Part shown: positions 37,114 through 38,747 of the stretch, piece after piece
How positions within the stretch are numbered: position 1 is the stretch's first letter
How the letters are laid out: each line of letters begins with the position of its first letter
Assembly: GCA_022821105.1 (NCBI GenBank)
Contig: JAJEEH010000135.1
Location: 1-38,747, forward strand
Length of the DNA stretch: 38,747 nt
Reading direction: 5' to 3'
DNA from: Acidimicrobiia bacterium
GTDB taxonomy: Bacteria > Actinomycetota > Acidimicrobiia > Acidimicrobiales > Bin134
Notes under the pieces: generated by a model
Seen by the model: only the letters and a program-made list of their open reading frames with translations
The model's database searches: none
What the model was told of the DNA's origin: nothing
Program-made: the position numbers and the translations under genes

Positions 37114-37128
37114 TGAACGGCCGTTTAA
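37114..37128. promoter_or_regulatory. Candidate operator, copy 2: TGAACGGCCGTTTAA
   Basis: Identical 12-mer with the same palindromic core, 91 bp from copy 1. The extended 23-nt alignment (37023..37045 vs 37114..37136) matches at 19/23 positions by my count. Confidence 0.35.
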
Positions 37129-37220
37129 CATGTCGAGGGGGGATTGATGAGAGTCGGGGTGAACGAGCCAGAACCATCGACGATCAGAGACCGCGAAATT
37201 CGTCTCGCCAAGAGGGCGCC

Positions 37221-38747
37221 ATGGACGTGAAGGCACTGGAGAAGTGCGCGAACGCTGTGTTCGCGGATGACGATCTGACGACCGTGCTCGCGGTGAAGTG
37301 GTTCGCGGCCGGGGAGCACCTCGTGGTCGACGAGGTGGTGGCGGGATACACGCCGAGTGCGCCGATAGACCTCCACCTCGTGAAGTTGATCGTGGGGCCG
37401 GGCAATCCCGGGCCCGCAGATCAGCCGTCGACATCGCCAGGTATCGGCATTGAGATCTGGCTGCCGACGAAGGAGGGGTGGAACGGCCGCATTCACAATG
37501 TCGGTGGATTGGGTGGATTCGATGGCGGGGAGCACACGTCGCCCGACCGAGTCGGCTGGTTCTATGCCGCGCTCGCCGCCGGGGCGCAAGGCGCCGTTTC
37601 CGCCAGCACCGACGCCGGTCATTCGCCGACCGACGGTTCGTGGGCCATGAACCCCGACGGTTCTCACGCCACCCAGCTCTGGACCGACTTCTCGCATCGA
37701 GCCCATCACGAGATGGCGGTGAAGACCAAGGCGCTCACCGAGGCCTACTACGGCCGCCCGGCGGAATACTGCTACTACGAGGGTGCGTCCACGGGCGGGC
37801 GCCACGGATACCGACTGGCCCAGCAGTATCCCGACGACTACGACGGCATCATCGCGCTCCTGCCGGCGATGAACTTCGCAAAGTGGGGCCTTGCGGCCCT
37901 TCACCGGGAACTCGTGATCGAGCGGGACCTCGACGGCGTTCCACTGACCGAGGAGCAGATGGACCTGATCTCAAACGCTGCCATAGCAGCGGGAGACGTG
38001 GTGGGTGGCGAGCACTTCGGCTATGTCTTCGACAACCCGGCCAATCACTACGACCCCACCAAGGATCCGTCGGTGCTATGCCCTTCCGACGGCGGCGAGA
38101 GCACATCCCCGCATTGCGTGACCCTCGCCCAGGCGACCGCCATCAACAAGTTGTGGTACGGCGCGACCGATGACGGTTCGGTTCCCGACCCTGCGGTCGA
38201 CAACGGCTGCGGGGTCGACCTCGGCGATCGGCGGTGGTACGGGCTCAGCCGAGGGACCTCGTTATATATCGCGTATTTCACCAAGCAGGACCCGCGGATG
38301 CGCGACATCCTGAGGGCAGCATCGGAGAGCGGCAACGTGCCCGGTGCCGACTTCGCCGCGTTGGTTCTCGGCGATCCGTCCGTCGCCGGTCCGTCGTTCG
38401 AGAATGCACTGAGGAATGGCGAGGCCAAGTGGCGCGACCTGTCGTACGGGGAATTGGGCGCGCTGTTCGACAAAGCTGCCGAGAGGGAGCCCGTGTTCGC
38501 CCACATCGCGAGCGACGATCCCGACCTGTCGGCCTTCAAGGCTCGGGGCGGGAAGTTCCTCAGCTGGCACGGATGGAACGACGAGACGATCCCCGTCCAG
38601 ACCACGATGCGGTACTACGACCGGGTGATCGAGGCAATGGGAGGAGTCGCCGAGGTGCAGAGCTTCTTCAAGCTCTATCTGGTACCCGGCGGCGGGCACA
38701 TGTCGCCGCAGGGGACGTCGAACGAGGATGCCAACCCCCCCGTGTTT
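37221..38747 (+). CDS. Tannase/feruloyl-esterase-family alpha/beta hydrolase, 3'-truncated by the window end
   Basis: This frame is absent from the supplied ORF track because it has no stop. I translated it by hand: open from 37026 to 38747, with ATG 37221 after AAGAGGG. Blocks: IWLPTKEGWNGRIHNVGGLGG, YYEGASTGGRHGY (GxSxG nucleophile), HGWNDETIPV, FKLYLVPGGGHM. Confidence 0.75.
   Translation, partial: MDVKALEKCANAVFADDDLTTVLAVKWFAAGEHLVVDEVVAGYTPSAPIDLHLVKLIVGPGNPGPADQPSTSPGIGIEIWLPTKEGWNGRIHNVGGLGGFDGGEHTSPDRVGWFYAALAAGAQGAVSASTDAGHSPTDGSWAMNPDGSHATQLWTDFSHRAHHEMAVKTKALTEAYYGRPAEYCYYEGASTGGRHGYRLAQQYPDDYDGIIALLPAMNFAKWGLAALHRELVIERDLDGVPLTEEQMDLISNAAIAAGDVVGGEHFGYVFDNPANHYDPTKDPSVLCPSDGGESTSPHCVTLAQATAINKLWYGATDDGSVPDPAVDNGCGVDLGDRRWYGLSRGTSLYIAYFTKQDPRMRDILRAASESGNVPGADFAALVLGDPSVAGPSFENALRNGEAKWRDLSYGELGALFDKAAEREPVFAHIASDDPDLSAFKARGGKFLSWHGWNDETIPVQTTMRYYDRVIEAMGGVAEVQSFFKLYLVPGGGHMSPQGTSNEDANPPVF

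Noticed and set aside
37125-38173. ORFs 37125..37904(-) and 37478..38173(+), offered by the track for the last 1.6 kb.
   Set aside because: Both are Arg-rich shadows. The third plus frame is open from 37026 to the window end and encodes a recognisable tannase-family esterase.

Overview
High-GC, gene-dense chromosomal window that looks Actinomycetota-like, judged from codon style, frequent GTG/TTG starts and a gap-pgk-tpiA...secG neighbourhood. I found no rRNA, tRNA, CRISPR array, transposase, integrase or transcription-factor gene.

Layout:
- 1-15.2 kb: a CoA-thioester/oxidoreductase catabolic region. It holds a DUF1214 protein, three luciferase-like (LLM) oxidoreductases, two adjacent family III CoA-transferases, a TesB-like thioesterase, an amidohydrolase_2 enzyme and an acyl-CoA synthetase. 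It also holds a tightly coupled operon of SDR, orphan molybdopterin (CoxL/XDH-like) large subunit, DUF1446 (AtuA-like) and a small DUF4387-like protein.
- 15.2-16.5 kb: two tandem type II toxin-antitoxin modules (Phd/YefM-PIN and VapB-PIN).
- 16.7-19.6 kb: gap-pgk-tpiA.
- 19.6-22.6 kb: a reverse-strand Baeyer-Villiger monooxygenase and an M23 peptidase, lying between tpiA and secG.
- 22.7-25.8 kb: secG, an acyl-CoA dehydrogenase and a second acyl-CoA ligase.
- 26.0-32.6 kb: an unusually fused LIV/HAAT-type ABC importer, made of a lipoprotein binding protein, a 12-TM MFS domain fused to a LivF-type ATPase, and a LivH-LivM-LivG reading frame.
- 32.6-38.7 kb: a GH1 beta-glucosidase, a second SDR plus orphan molybdopterin-subunit pair, and a 3'-truncated tannase/feruloyl-esterase-family gene.

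Most notable observations:
1. Three otherwise intact genes each carry exactly one in-frame stop codon with no frameshift.
2. The SDR plus Mo-subunit module is duplicated without any FeS or FAD partner subunit, and one copy is coupled to DUF1446/DUF4387.
3. The transporter contains an MFS-ABC chimera.
4. The tannase-family protein lacks both cysteines of the family's CS...HC arrangement.

All functional calls come from by-eye motif and family recognition on the translated ORFs. No database search was run.
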